Positions 32,927 through 43,474 of a DNA stretch of 64,000 nucleotides are shown piece by piece. Position 1 is the first letter of the stretch, and each line of letters begins with the position of its first letter. The notes under the pieces were generated by a model, which ran no database searches, was not told the DNA's origin, and worked only from the letters and a program-made list of their open reading frames with translations. This DNA is from an uncultured Clostridia bacterium (GTDB lineage Bacteria > Bacillota > Clostridia > TANB77 > CAG-508): contig CALXWL010000001.1 of the NCBI GenBank assembly GCA_944392385.1, positions 4,910-68,909 of the forward strand. Reading direction: 5' to 3'. The translations under genes and the position numbers were made by a program.

Positions 32927-34378
32927 ATGGAACTTTATGAATTAACTGTCCATGAGCTAGTAGATAAGTTGAAAAAAAATGAAATAACATCAGAAGATAT
33001 CGTAAAAAGTTATTCTAAACGAATAGCAGAAAAAGAAAAAGATGTACAAGCATTTGTAACAGTAACAACAGATACAGCTATGGAAAAATCAAAAAATACA
33101 GATAGAGAAAAATCAAAATTAGCAGGAATACCAATAGGTATAAAAGATAACTTATGTACAAAAGGAGTAAAAACAACATGTAGTTCAAAAATGTTAGAAA
33201 ATTTTATAGCTCCATATAATGCAACAGTAGTAGAAAAATTAGAAAATGAAGGCATAATAAGCCTTGGAAAACTTAATATGGATGAATTTGCTATGGGAGC
33301 TTCAACAGAATATTCTGCATTTAAAGCAACAAAAAATCCATGGGATTTACAAACTGTTCCAGGAGGTTCAAGTGGAGGAAGTGCAGCAGCAGTTGCAAGT
33401 AATATGGTACCATGGGCATTAGGTTCAGATACAGGTGGATCAATTCGTCAACCATCAGCATTTTGTGGAGTAGTAGGATTAAAACCAACATATGGACTAG
33501 TATCAAGATATGGCTTAGTAGCATTTGCATCATCATTAGACCAAATAGGACCAATAGCAAAAGATGTAGAAGATTGTGCCATATTACTAAATGTTATAGC
33601 AGGTTATGATGAAAAAGATTCTACATCTGTAAATATGCCTAAAAAAGACTATACAAATAGTTTAGTAAAAAATGTAAAGGGATTAAAAATAGGAGTACCA
33701 AAAGAGTTTTTAGGTGAAGGTATAAATGAAGAAGTAAAAAAGAGTATTGAAAACGCAATAGAAGAATATAAAAAATTAGGAGCAGAAGTTGAAGAATGTT
33801 CACTAGATATTGCAAACCAGGCCTTAGCAACATATTACATAATTGCTTGTGCAGAAGCAAGTTCAAACTTAGGAAGATTCGATGGAATAAGATATGGATA
33901 TAGAACCAAAAATTTTGAAACATTAAAAGATATTTATAAAAATTCAAGAAGCGAAGGATTTGGGGCAGAAGTAAAAAGGAGAATAATACTTGGAACATAT
34001 GTGCTTTCATCAGGGTATTATGATGCATATTATAAAAAGGCACAAAAGTTAAGAACAATTATAAAACAAGAATTTGAAACATTATTTAAGAAGTATGATG
34101 TATTAATAACACCAACATCACCAACAGTTGCATACAAAATTGGTACAAAATCAAATAATCCATTAGAAATGTATTTAGCAGATTTATGTACAGTTTCTGT
34201 AAATATTGCAGGTTTGCCAGGGATTTCAATACCTTGCGGAGTAGATAACCAAGGTATGCCAATAGGATTGCAATTAATAGGAAAACCATTTGCTGAGGAG
34301 ACACTTATTAAAGCAGCATACACATATGAACAAGAAACAAAATTTAGAGAAAATTATAAACCACAATTTAAAAATTAA
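32927..34378 (+). CDS. gatA: Glu/Asp-tRNA amidotransferase subunit A
   Basis: Amidase signature [12 protein letters not shown]...[25 protein letters not shown]. Confidence 0.95.
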   Translation: MELYELTVHELVDKLKKNEITSEDIVKSYSKRIAEKEKDVQAFVTVTTDTAMEKSKNTDREKSKLAGIPIGIKDNLCTKGVKTTCSSKMLENFIAPYNATVVEKLENEGIISLGKLNMDEFAMGASTEYSAFKATKNPWDLQTVPGGSSGGSAAAVASNMVPWALGSDTGGSIRQPSAFCGVVGLKPTYGLVSRYGLVAFASSLDQIGPIAKDVEDCAILLNVIAGYDEKDSTSVNMPKKDYTNSLVKNVKGLKIGVPKEFLGEGINEEVKKSIENAIEEYKKLGAEVEECSLDIANQALATYYIIACAEASSNLGRFDGIRYGYRTKNFETLKDIYKNSRSEGFGAEVKRRIILGTYVLSSGYYDAYYKKAQKLRTIIKQEFETLFKKYDVLITPTSPTVAYKIGTKSNNPLEMYLADLCTVSVNIAGLPGISIPCGVDNQGMPIGLQLIGKPFAEETLIKAAYTYEQETKFRENYKPQFKN

Positions 34379-34474
34379 ATGTAGAGGAGAGCAACTATTG
34401 GTTGTTCCAACTTCAAAAAAATCTCTAAAAGTGTAAAGGTAAGATTTAGGACTTACCAAAATGAAAGGAATGAT

Positions 34475-35917
34475 ATGATGTCAAGAGAAGATTATGAAAT
34501 AGTAATAGGATTAGAAGTACATAGTGAATTATCAACAAAAACCAAAATATTCTGTTCATGCTCAACAGAATTTGGAGGAGAGCCAAATTCACACTGCTGC
34601 CCAATATGTATGGCAATGCCAGGAACATTGCCAGTACTAAATAAAAAAGTAGTAGAATATGCAATAAAAGCAGGACTTGCAACAAACTGTACAATAGCAA
34701 GATTTAGCAAAAATGATAGAAAAAATTATTTCTATCCAGATTTACCAAAAGCATACCAAATATCACAATACGATATGCCACTTTGTACAAAAGGTTATGT
34801 AGAAATAGAAACAGAAAATGGTCCTAAAAAAATAGGGCTTACAAGAATTCATATAGAAGAAGATGCAGGAAAATTAAATCATGATGAATATGGAAGAGGA
34901 AGTTTAGTAGACTTAAATAGAGCAGGAGTACCATTAATAGAAATAGTATCAGAACCAGATTTAAGAAGTGCAGAAGAAGTAGACAGTTACTTAAAGAAAT
35001 TAAAATCAATATTAGAATATATAGAAGTATCAGACTGTAAAATGCAAGAAGGCTCATTTAGAGCAGATGTAAACGTTTCTGTAAGAAAAAAAGGAGAAGA
35101 AAAGTTCGGAACCAGAACAGAAATGAAAAACATGAACTCATTTAGGTCAATAACAAGAGCAATAGAATACGAAACAAGTCGCCAAATAGAAATATTAGAA
35201 CAAGGTGGTAAAATAGAACAAGAAACACTAAGATGGGATGAAATATCAGGAAAAACATTTTCAATGAGAGATAAAGAAGATGCTCAGGATTATAGATATT
35301 TCCCAGAACCAGATTTAGCAATCATCAATGTATCAGATGAGATGATAGATAGTATAAAGAAAACTTTACCTGAAATGCCAGAAGTAAGATATAAAAAATA
35401 TATTGAAGAATACAAACTACCAGAATATGATAGCAAAATATTAACATCATCAAAATATTTATCAGACCTATTTGAAAAAGCTACAAAATTATGCAATAAT
35501 CCAAAATCAGTAAGTAATTGGATTATGACAGAAGTAACTAGAATATTAAATGAAGAAGAAAAAGAACCAAGCCAAATACCATTTACAGCTGAACAATTAG
35601 GTAAGTTAATACTTTTAATAGATAAAGGAACTGTAAGTTCAAAAATAGCAAAAAAAGTTTTAGAAGAACTATTTAAAAATCCACAAGACCCAGAAAATAT
35701 AATAAAAGAAAAAGGTTTAACACAAATATCAGATGAAGGAGCAATAAAGGAAGTAGTACAAAAAATACTAGAAGCAAACCCTCAATCAATAGCAGACTTT
35801 AAAGCAGGAAAAAATAAAGCATTAGCTTTCCTAGTAGGACAAGCAATGAAAGAAACAAAGGGAAAAGCAAATCCACAAATGCTAAATAAAATGTTCTTAG
35901 ATGAATTAAATAAATAA
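34475..35917 (+). CDS. gatB: Glu/Asp-tRNA amidotransferase subunit B
   Basis: YEIVIGLEVHSELSTKTKIFCSC...CPICMAMPGTLPVLN. Confidence 0.95.
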   Translation: MMSREDYEIVIGLEVHSELSTKTKIFCSCSTEFGGEPNSHCCPICMAMPGTLPVLNKKVVEYAIKAGLATNCTIARFSKNDRKNYFYPDLPKAYQISQYDMPLCTKGYVEIETENGPKKIGLTRIHIEEDAGKLNHDEYGRGSLVDLNRAGVPLIEIVSEPDLRSAEEVDSYLKKLKSILEYIEVSDCKMQEGSFRADVNVSVRKKGEEKFGTRTEMKNMNSFRSITRAIEYETSRQIEILEQGGKIEQETLRWDEISGKTFSMRDKEDAQDYRYFPEPDLAIINVSDEMIDSIKKTLPEMPEVRYKKYIEEYKLPEYDSKILTSSKYLSDLFEKATKLCNNPKSVSNWIMTEVTRILNEEEKEPSQIPFTAEQLGKLILLIDKGTVSSKIAKKVLEELFKNPQDPENIIKEKGLTQISDEGAIKEVVQKILEANPQSIADFKAGKNKALAFLVGQAMKETKGKANPQMLNKMFLDELNK

Positions 35918-35921
35918 AACC

Positions 35922-35952
35922 TAAGCAACTCAAAAAATGAGTTGCTTATTTT
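35922..35952. terminator. Terminator after gatB
   Basis: TAAGCAACTCA-aaaaa-TGAGTTGCTTA plus TTTT. Confidence 0.8.
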
Positions 35953-36200
35953 CATATAATATTTTTCCTAATTTTATCACTAACTAATGCTCCAACAAAG
36001 AAAGAAACAAAAAACATAAAACTACATTTAACGCCTAGGTAACCAATATCAAAAAAAACATGAGAAAAAGGATGTAAGGTATATAAAAATAAAATATATG
36101 TAAAAAATATACATAAAATAAAAGAAAATCTAAAACCTAATCTCATAATATTAACAATAGAAACATCAATTTTTTTAAAATCACTTAAAAACTTCATCAT
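35952..36200 (-). CDS. Small integral membrane protein, hypothetical
   Basis: 82 aa with 2-3 hydrophobic helices, in an otherwise empty interval. Confidence 0.4.
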   Translation of the reverse strand: MMKFLSDFKKIDVSIVNIMRLGFRFSFILCIFFTYILFLYTLHPFSHVFFDIGYLGVKCSFMFFVSFFVGALVSDKIRKNII

Positions 36201-36351
36201 AAGTAAAAACCTCCTAAAAACATGTTAACATAAAACAAAACGAAAATCAAAGGAAATTTTAGCCAAATATAAAATCTAACAATTTAAGCAAAGAAAATAA
36301 TAGATGAATATTTCATAAAAAAGTACGCAAAATGTTATAGGAGGGTATATT

Positions 36352-37350
36352 ATGTTTCAGCCAAAAGAAATTTTATATGAAGAAGCTATTAAAAATTATG
36401 AACTAGGAAAAGAATTATTAGAAAAATACAAAGACGTTCCAAAACAAATTATAGAAAATCATAACAATATACCAGAAATGAGAAATAAGCAAAACTCAGA
36501 ATTTACGAACATAAAGAAAAACTTAATAATCGGAATAAGAAAAACACACAAATTTGTACCAAACCATAAAACATCAGATTTTCTAGTACCATACACATCA
36601 TCAGGTTGTACAGCCATGTGCATGTACTGCTACTTAGTATGTAATTATAATAAATGTGCATATTTAAGATTATTTGTAAATAGAGAAGAAATGCTAGACA
36701 AAATAATAAAAACATCAAACAAAAGCCAAAAAGAGCTAACATTTGAAATAGGAAGTAATAGTGATTTAATATTAGAAAACACAATAACAAAAAACTTAGA
36801 ATGGACAATACCAAAATTTGCAGAAAATAACAAAGGATATTTAACATTTCCAACAAAATTTGATATGGTAGAACCAATATTAAATCTAAACCATAATGGA
36901 AGAGTAATAATAAGAATGAGTGTAAACCCTAAAAAAATAATACAAAGAGTAGAATTTGGAACATCAAACTTAGAAAATAGAGTAAAAGCAATAAACAAAC
37001 TAAAAAAAGCAGGATACAAAATAGGAATACTAATAGCACCAATAATATTTGTAGACAATTGGAAAGAAGAATATGAAAGCTTACTAATATATCTAGAAGA
37101 GAACTTAAGTGAAGAAGTAAAAAAAGAAGCATTTTTCGAATTAATATTCATGACATACAGCTATGTTCATAAAATGATAAACAACGAAGCATTCCCAAAT
37201 GCAATACAACTATTCGACGAAGAAAAAATGACAGGCAGAGGAAAAGGAAAATACATGTACAAAGAAAAATTAAGAAAAGAAGGAGAAGAATTCTTTAGAA
37301 AGAAAATGCAAAAATATTTTCCACACAATAAAATTGAATATATAGTTTAG
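36352..37350 (+). CDS. splB: Spore photoproduct lyase-like radical SAM enzyme
   Basis: CTAMCMYCY matches CxxxCxxC, and the overall layout matches SplB (..IGIRKTHKFVPNHKTSDFLVPYTSSGC..). Confidence 0.7.
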   Translation: MFQPKEILYEEAIKNYELGKELLEKYKDVPKQIIENHNNIPEMRNKQNSEFTNIKKNLIIGIRKTHKFVPNHKTSDFLVPYTSSGCTAMCMYCYLVCNYNKCAYLRLFVNREEMLDKIIKTSNKSQKELTFEIGSNSDLILENTITKNLEWTIPKFAENNKGYLTFPTKFDMVEPILNLNHNGRVIIRMSVNPKKIIQRVEFGTSNLENRVKAINKLKKAGYKIGILIAPIIFVDNWKEEYESLLIYLEENLSEEVKKEAFFELIFMTYSYVHKMINNEAFPNAIQLFDEEKMTGRGKGKYMYKEKLRKEGEEFFRKKMQKYFPHNKIEYIV

Positions 37351-37493
37351 GGTTTACAAATTTAACTTAACATTATTATACAAGGTAAAATTACATCAGT
37401 GCAAACATATAATGAAGAAGCAAAAATAAAAATAATAGAAAAATACAAAACAAGTAGGTTAGGCTCAACAACATTTTCAAAAGGAAAGAAAAT

Positions 37494-37576
37494 ATATTAC
37501 AGAAATATTACACTAATATTACATTTTTGTAAAAAAAACAAAAAGCATTGAAAAGAAAAAGTAAATACTGTAAAAT
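37494..37576 (+). promoter_or_regulatory. Second copy of the promoter module: three 11-bp-phased ATATTACA repeats, 21 nt, TTGAAA, 17 nt, TAAAAT
   Basis: Repeats at 37494-37504, 37505-37515 and 37516-37526; -35 at 37548-37553; -10 at 37571-37576. The spacing is identical to the module at 26736-26818. Confidence 0.55.
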
Positions 37577-37627
37577 AAAAATATACATGTGAGTGTAAAA
37601 ATAAAATTTGGTAAAAAGGAGAAAAAG

Positions 37628-37783
37628 ATGAAACAAAAAAACGTTGAAAGCCTTGAGGTTATACACACACATTATATTTATAAAACAAGTGAAAAAGAAG
37701 TAGAAAATAAAGTAAGCCAAAATTTAAAAAATGAAGGCTTTATTGGTGATGTAAAAAAATTATATATAAGATATAAAAAATAA
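37628..37783 (+). CDS. Small hypothetical protein, 51 aa
   Basis: ATG follows AAAGGAGAAAAAG. It is the first gene after the repeat promoter and ends 15 nt before the pilin-like gene. Confidence 0.4.
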   Translation: MKQKNVESLEVIHTHYIYKTSEKEVENKVSQNLKNEGFIGDVKKLYIRYKK

Positions 37784-37797
37784 GAGGAGGTAAAAAA

Positions 37798-39742
37798 GTG
37801 AGTTTAAAAAATAAAAATAAGAAACAAAAAGGAATAACCTTAATAGCGTTAATAATAACAATAGTAATATTATTAATCCTAGCAACAATAACAATAGATG
37901 TAGCAATAGATGGAAAACTATTTGACACAGCAAAAGATGCAGTAGATAAAACAAATGATAGGGTATCCCAAGAACAAGAAATAATAGACGAAATAATGAA
38001 TGAATGGGATAAAATAGAAGAAGGAACAAGTAGTAATACAAATCCAGGAGGAGAAAATAATATCACAGGAGAAGATAATAATACAATTGGAGGGGAAAAC
38101 AACAATACAGGAGGCGGAATAGAAATAACCGATAATACTCCACCAATAGTAAATGTAACCATTGGAGAAACAACAACAAACAGCATAACAGTAAATGTAA
38201 CAGCCCAAGATAATGAAACAGGAATGATAGCCCAGCCGCAATACACATATTACATAAAAGAATCTTCATCAAGTGCATACCAACAAAAAACAACAAGTGC
38301 AACTTCAAGCTACACATACACAGGATTAACGCAAGGGACAACATATGATATAAAAGTAGAAGTAAATGGAGACGAAGCAGGAAACATAGGAACAGGAACA
38401 ATCCAAGAAACAACAGGAAGAGTAACATCAGCCCTAGAAGAAGGAGCAATAACATTTTCAAATAAAACATGGAGTGGAGGACAAGCAAGCGTAACAATAA
38501 ATACAAATACAAGCTATAAAATAGAATATCAACTAAACAGAGCAAGTGGAAGTTGGATAGAAATACAAAATGGAGAAACAATAAGCAATTTAACCCATGG
38601 AACAACAATATATGCAAGATTAACAGATGGAAATAACGCAGGACAATACACAAGTATGGATATACAAGATTTAACACCACCAACAGGAACAATAACAATA
38701 AACGAAATAACAGCAGAAAGCATAAAAGTAACAGTAACAGCCCAAGATAATGAATCAGGCTTAGCAACAAGTGGAACGTATGCATACTACCTAAATGCAG
38801 AAAACACAGCAAAAGCAGCAAGCACAAGTAATACATATACATATCAAAACTTAGCACAAAACACACAATATACAATAAAAGTTGTAATAAAAGATGCAGC
38901 TGGAAATGAAAAAGAAGTAACTCAAACAGCAACAACAGAGAAAAAAGGAGATACAGCAGCAGTAGTAGCCCAAAACCCAACAGCATATTATGGAAAAGAA
39001 GTAGAAAATTATGGAGTAATATATGATGATACAGCAGAAGCAACAAACAAATGGAGAATATTCTATGCAGATGAGAACAATATATATTTGATAGCAGATG
39101 ATTATATCCACGCAGATTACGCACCAGATTCAGGAAGTTACGAGATATATGTAAATAGTACAAGCTATAGATTGTCAATGAACAACGTATATGAAAACTA
39201 CACAGGAGCAGCATCTATAGAAAGTACATTTGCAAACAAATGGCTATCAGCGTACTATCCAAGTAATAAAACTAATACAAACACCAATATCAAAGCAGTG
39301 GCATATATGCTAGATACAAAAATATGGAACCCAATATATAAAAACGAATATGCAGAATACGCAATAGGAGGGCCAACCCTAGAGATGTACTGTGCATCAT
39401 ATAAAGATACCCACCCAAGTAAATATATAGAATGCACAGCAAATTCAACAGGATACCAGGTAAGATGGAACGGAGGCTCATATGCAAATTCTATTTCAGG
39501 CGTACCTAAAGACGAATACAATTCAATCTACATAAAATCCGACACATCCAAGGCGCGTACTATGTGGCTGGCTTCTCCTTCGGCTTACGACGCTAACGAC
39601 TTGATGGGTGCGCACTGCAACCGGCAATGTGGGCTACCCCAGCTATAACGGCGACTATCCGGGGTTTTGCCCCCTAGTTTGTCTAAAATCTAAAATCCAA
39701 CTAGAAAGTACAGGAAGTGGAAATTATAGAATAGTAGAATAG
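37798..39742 (+). CDS. Large pilin-like surface protein: prepilin-type N-terminus, two FN3-like domains, and a C-terminal WLASPS...GF.P.V domain; needs a +1 shift at CGG 39622-39624
   Basis: KGITLIALIITIVILLILA N-terminus. Two repeats of the form PP..N.T..E.T..SI.V.VTAQDNE(T/S)G...YTY..L.Q.T.Y.IKV. ..LMGAHCN|GNVGYPSYNGDYPGFCPLVCLKSKIQLESTGSGNYRIVE* is restored in +1 and matches the remnant at 27563-27645. Confidence 0.7.
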
Positions 39743-39766
39743 AGGGTGAAAATTTGAATATAAGTT

Positions 39767-39795
39767 CTGCTGACAGGCCTCGTGTCTGTCGGCAG
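39767..39795 (+). other. GC-rich 10-bp hairpin downstream of the pilin-like gene
   Basis: CTGCTGACAG-gcctcgtgt-CTGTCGGCAG with one G-U pair and no T-run. Confidence 0.3.
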
Positions 39796-39810
39796 CGAGG
39801 GGGTATTAAG

Positions 39811-39921
39811 ATGAGTGTAATAAATATGGCAAAGAATATAAAGGAAGTACATCCAAATGCTTTAGTGTGCTATAAGGTAGGAGCTTTTGTTAATTGTTAT
39901 GGGAAAGATTATTTAATTTAG
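39811..39921 (+). pseudogene. 36-codon ORF resembling a MutS-family N-terminus (possible gene fragment)
   Basis: MSVINMAKNIKEVHPNALVCYKVGAFVNCYGKDYLI* loosely fits the MutS domain I pattern Y..IK...PD.L.F...GDFYE..G.DA. The call is weak. Confidence 0.2.
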
Positions 39922-39963
39922 TCTGAGTGTAACAATTTGAGCATAATTTTTTCCTGCTCTACC

Positions 39964-39992
39964 TTCCAAATTTTAGAAAAATGTGATATAAT
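39964..39992 (+). promoter_or_regulatory. Sigma-A promoter of mfd
   Basis: TTCCAA, 17 nt spacer, then TG-a-TATAAT. Confidence 0.55.
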
Positions 39993-40028
39993 TAACAAAT
40001 GATTAAAAATTTTAAGTAGGAGAGCTTG

Positions 40029-43000
40029 ATGAATGATATAGTTAAGATTTTACCAAATTTTAAGAAGTTTAATGATTATATTGAAAATGTTAAAAATAAT
40101 ACAAATCCGATAATGCTTTCAGGATTAACTGATAGTGGAAAGGTACATTTTGCCTATTCCACTTACTTTTATGCAGAAAAACCAATTTGCATAATTACAT
40201 ATAACGAATTACAAGCAAAAAAAATATTAAAAAACCTAGAATATTTTTCAGATAATATTAACTATTTCCCAAAAAAAGAGATAATGGCATATGATTACCT
40301 AGCAGAGAGCAAAGATATAACATATAATAGAATAGCATGTTTAAATAATATATATGATAAAAAAGCTAAAATAATTGTAACAACAATTGAAGCAGTAAGC
40401 CAAAAAATAGTGGAGAAAGATGTTTTATACAAAAATATATTAAATTTAAAATTAGGAGATAATATAAATTTAGAAGAATTAAAACAAAAATTAGTGGATT
40501 TAGGCTATGAAAGAACTGAAGTTGTACAAAATAAGTCTGAATTTAGTGTAAGAGGTGGAATAGTAGATATTGCAATTTCAGAAAAAGAAGGTATAAGAAT
40601 AGAATTATGGGGAGACGAGATAGATTCAATAAGGATATTTGATGTTAATACACAAAGAACTAAAGAAAAAAAAGAAAATGTGGAAATATATCCAGCACAT
40701 GAATATGTATTAGAAAAACCACTAGAAAAAATAGCAGAAGAAATAGAAGACAAGAAAGATAAAGAAGAAATATTAGAAGGAATTTATACAAGTAAAATAG
40801 ATAAATATTGGAATATTTTTTATACAAATTCAAACAATACTTTTATAGACTATATCAAAGATGATTATATAATATTATTAGATGAAACAAGTAAAATAAA
40901 AGCAAGGTCAGAAAATGTTGTAAAAGACACTGCAAATTTAATAAAATCATTAATAGAAAAAGAAAGATATGTACCACAAATTTTAGAAAAAATAGGAGAT
41001 TATATAGAATTTTTAGATAAAATAAAAAATATACAAACTATATATTTGGAAAATAAAGATATAGGATTTGTAGATAAACAAAGTATGCATGCAAAAAGAA
41101 ACGGATATAGCTTTAGCTATAGGGAGGTAAACTTTTTTCGTAGTTCAATGGATTTATTGTTTAAGGAAGTACAAGAAGGACTTGGAGCAGGAACAACAAT
41201 AGCCATTCTTTGTGGTGCAAGTAGTAATATTAAAAGAACAAAGGATTTATTATCAGAAAAAATAAATAATCCAAAACAACTTGAAAAATTAATAATAACA
41301 GAAGGTTCACTTACAGAAGGGTTTGAATGTTATGACTTTAACCTTCTAGTAATATCTATTCAAGAGTTATATAATGTTCCTAAAAAAAGAAAGAAAATAC
41401 CACAGCAGTTTAAACAAGGTGAAACAATAATCTTTTCAGATTTAAAGGTGGGAGATTATATTGTACACAGAACAAATGGAATAGGACAGTTTGTTGGTAT
41501 AAATACAATTACAACAGATGGAATTATAAAAGATTATATAAAAATAAGGTACAAAGATGATGGAATATTATATGTTCCAACAAATAATTTAGACAATGTA
41601 AAAAAATATATAGGCTCTGGAGATAGTGCGCCAACCTTAAATAAATTAGGAAGCAAAGATTGGGCAAAAGCAAAGGCAAAAGTAAGAAAAAATCTACAGG
41701 AAATAGCAAAAGATTTAATAGAACTATATGCAAAAAGAGAAAAAGCAAAAGGATTTATGTTTTCAAAAGATACAGAATGGCAAAAAGAATTTGAAGAAAA
41801 ATTTCCATATACAGAAACAAATGACCAACTACGAAGTATAGAAGAAATGAAAAAGGATATGGAAAGCGAAAAACCTATGGATAGATTACTTTGTGGAGAT
41901 GTTGGATATGGAAAAACGGAAATAGCAATAAGGGGAGCATTCAAGGCATGTATGGATCAAAAGCAAGTGGCATATTTAGCACCAACAACAATACTTGCTA
42001 GCCAACAATACGATACATTTAAAGAAAGAATGAAAGACTATCCAATAAAAATTGAACTACTAAATAGATTTGTATCTGCGGCAAAACAAAAGCAAATTAT
42101 AGAGGGATTAAAACTAGGAGAAGTAGATATAGTAATTGGAACACATAAATTATTAAACGACCAAATTGAATATAAAAACTTAGGATTATTAATAATAGAT
42201 GAAGAGCATAGGTTTGGAGTAAAGCATAAAGAAAAAATTAAAAAATTAAAAAATAACATAGATGTATTAACAATGACGGCAACACCAATACCAAGAACGC
42301 TTCATATGTCAATAGTAGGAATAAGGGATATGTCTTGCTTGTATGAACCACCACAAAACAGAAGACCAGTTCAAACATATGTATTAGAATATGATGAAGA
42401 AGTTGTAAGAGAAGCAATCATGAAAGAACTAGAAAGAGAAGGACAGGTATTTTATTTATACAACAATGTAGAAAAAATTGGAAGAAAAGCAGATGAAATA
42501 TCTAAATTAGTACCAAATGCAAAAATTGCGTATGCACATGGAAGAATGACGGGAACTGAAGTAGAAGACATAATGGAAAAATTTATAGAAAAACAAATAG
42601 ATGTGCTAGTATGTACAACAATACTAGAATCAGGAATAGATATACCAAATGCAAATACTATAATAGTAGAAAACGCAGATAGACTTGGGCTAGCACAATT
42701 ATATCAAATAAGAGGAAGAGTAGGAAGAGCAGATAGGCAAGCATATGCTTATATAACATACAAGAGAGATAAAATAATAAATGAAGTAGCAGAAAAAAGA
42801 CTAAAAGCAATAAAAGAATTTACAGAATTTGGTTCAGGATTTAAAATAGCAATGAGAGATTTAGAGATAAGAGGAGCAGGAAGTTTACTTGGAGAAATAC
42901 AACATGGACATATAGATGAAGTAGGATATGATACATATTGCAAAATTTTAGATGAAGTAGTAAAAGAACAAAAAGGCATAAAAGTTGAAGAAGAGGAAGA

Positions 43001-43415
43001 AATTACAATAGACTTAGGAATATCAAGCTTTATACCAGACTCATATATAGAAAACACAAACCAAAAAATGGAAAGTTATAGAAACATTGCTTTATGTAAA
43101 ACAGAAGAAGAATTAAAGAATATAAAAGAAGATTTAGAAGATAGATATGGAAAAATGCCACAAGAAGTTATAAATCTGCTAAGTATTGCAAAAATAAAAG
43201 AACTTTGTAGAAATGCTGGAATAATAAAAGTAATACAAAAACAAAATAATATAGTTTTATATTTTGAACCTGAAAAATGTACTTTAGATATGGCTAATTT
43301 AGTTCAAAAGTATAAAAATACAATCAAATTTTCTACAGGTGTTACACCATATATAACATATAAAGTGCAAGAACAAAAGAATTTAATTCAAGAAATAGAA
43401 GCTCTTATAACATAA
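40029..43415 (+). CDS. mfd: Transcription-repair coupling factor Mfd
   Basis: About 1128 aa with a UvrB-like N-terminus, a CarD-like region, and the superfamily 2 motifs GDVGYGKTE, DEEHRFG and QLYQIRGRVGR. Confidence 0.95.
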   Translation: MNDIVKILPNFKKFNDYIENVKNNTNPIMLSGLTDSGKVHFAYSTYFYAEKPICIITYNELQAKKILKNLEYFSDNINYFPKKEIMAYDYLAESKDITYNRIACLNNIYDKKAKIIVTTIEAVSQKIVEKDVLYKNILNLKLGDNINLEELKQKLVDLGYERTEVVQNKSEFSVRGGIVDIAISEKEGIRIELWGDEIDSIRIFDVNTQRTKEKKENVEIYPAHEYVLEKPLEKIAEEIEDKKDKEEILEGIYTSKIDKYWNIFYTNSNNTFIDYIKDDYIILLDETSKIKARSENVVKDTANLIKSLIEKERYVPQILEKIGDYIEFLDKIKNIQTIYLENKDIGFVDKQSMHAKRNGYSFSYREVNFFRSSMDLLFKEVQEGLGAGTTIAILCGASSNIKRTKDLLSEKINNPKQLEKLIITEGSLTEGFECYDFNLLVISIQELYNVPKKRKKIPQQFKQGETIIFSDLKVGDYIVHRTNGIGQFVGINTITTDGIIKDYIKIRYKDDGILYVPTNNLDNVKKYIGSGDSAPTLNKLGSKDWAKAKAKVRKNLQEIAKDLIELYAKREKAKGFMFSKDTEWQKEFEEKFPYTETNDQLRSIEEMKKDMESEKPMDRLLCGDVGYGKTEIAIRGAFKACMDQKQVAYLAPTTILASQQYDTFKERMKDYPIKIELLNRFVSAAKQKQIIEGLKLGEVDIVIGTHKLLNDQIEYKNLGLLIIDEEHRFGVKHKEKIKKLKNNIDVLTMTATPIPRTLHMSIVGIRDMSCLYEPPQNRRPVQTYVLEYDEEVVREAIMKELEREGQVFYLYNNVEKIGRKADEISKLVPNAKIAYAHGRMTGTEVEDIMEKFIEKQIDVLVCTTILESGIDIPNANTIIVENADRLGLAQLYQIRGRVGRADRQAYAYITYKRDKIINEVAEKRLKAIKEFTEFGSGFKIAMRDLEIRGAGSLLGEIQHGHIDEVGYDTYCKILDEVVKEQKGIKVEEEEEITIDLGISSFIPDSYIENTNQKMESYRNIALCKTEEELKNIKEDLEDRYGKMPQEVINLLSIAKIKELCRNAGIIKVIQKQNNIVLYFEPEKCTLDMANLVQKYKNTIKFSTGVTPYITYKVQEQKNLIQEIEALIT

Positions 43416-43474
43416 AAATGTAAAGAGCGTATAAATCCAAAATTAAAAGACCTTTAAGAAAGAGGATTGATAAA

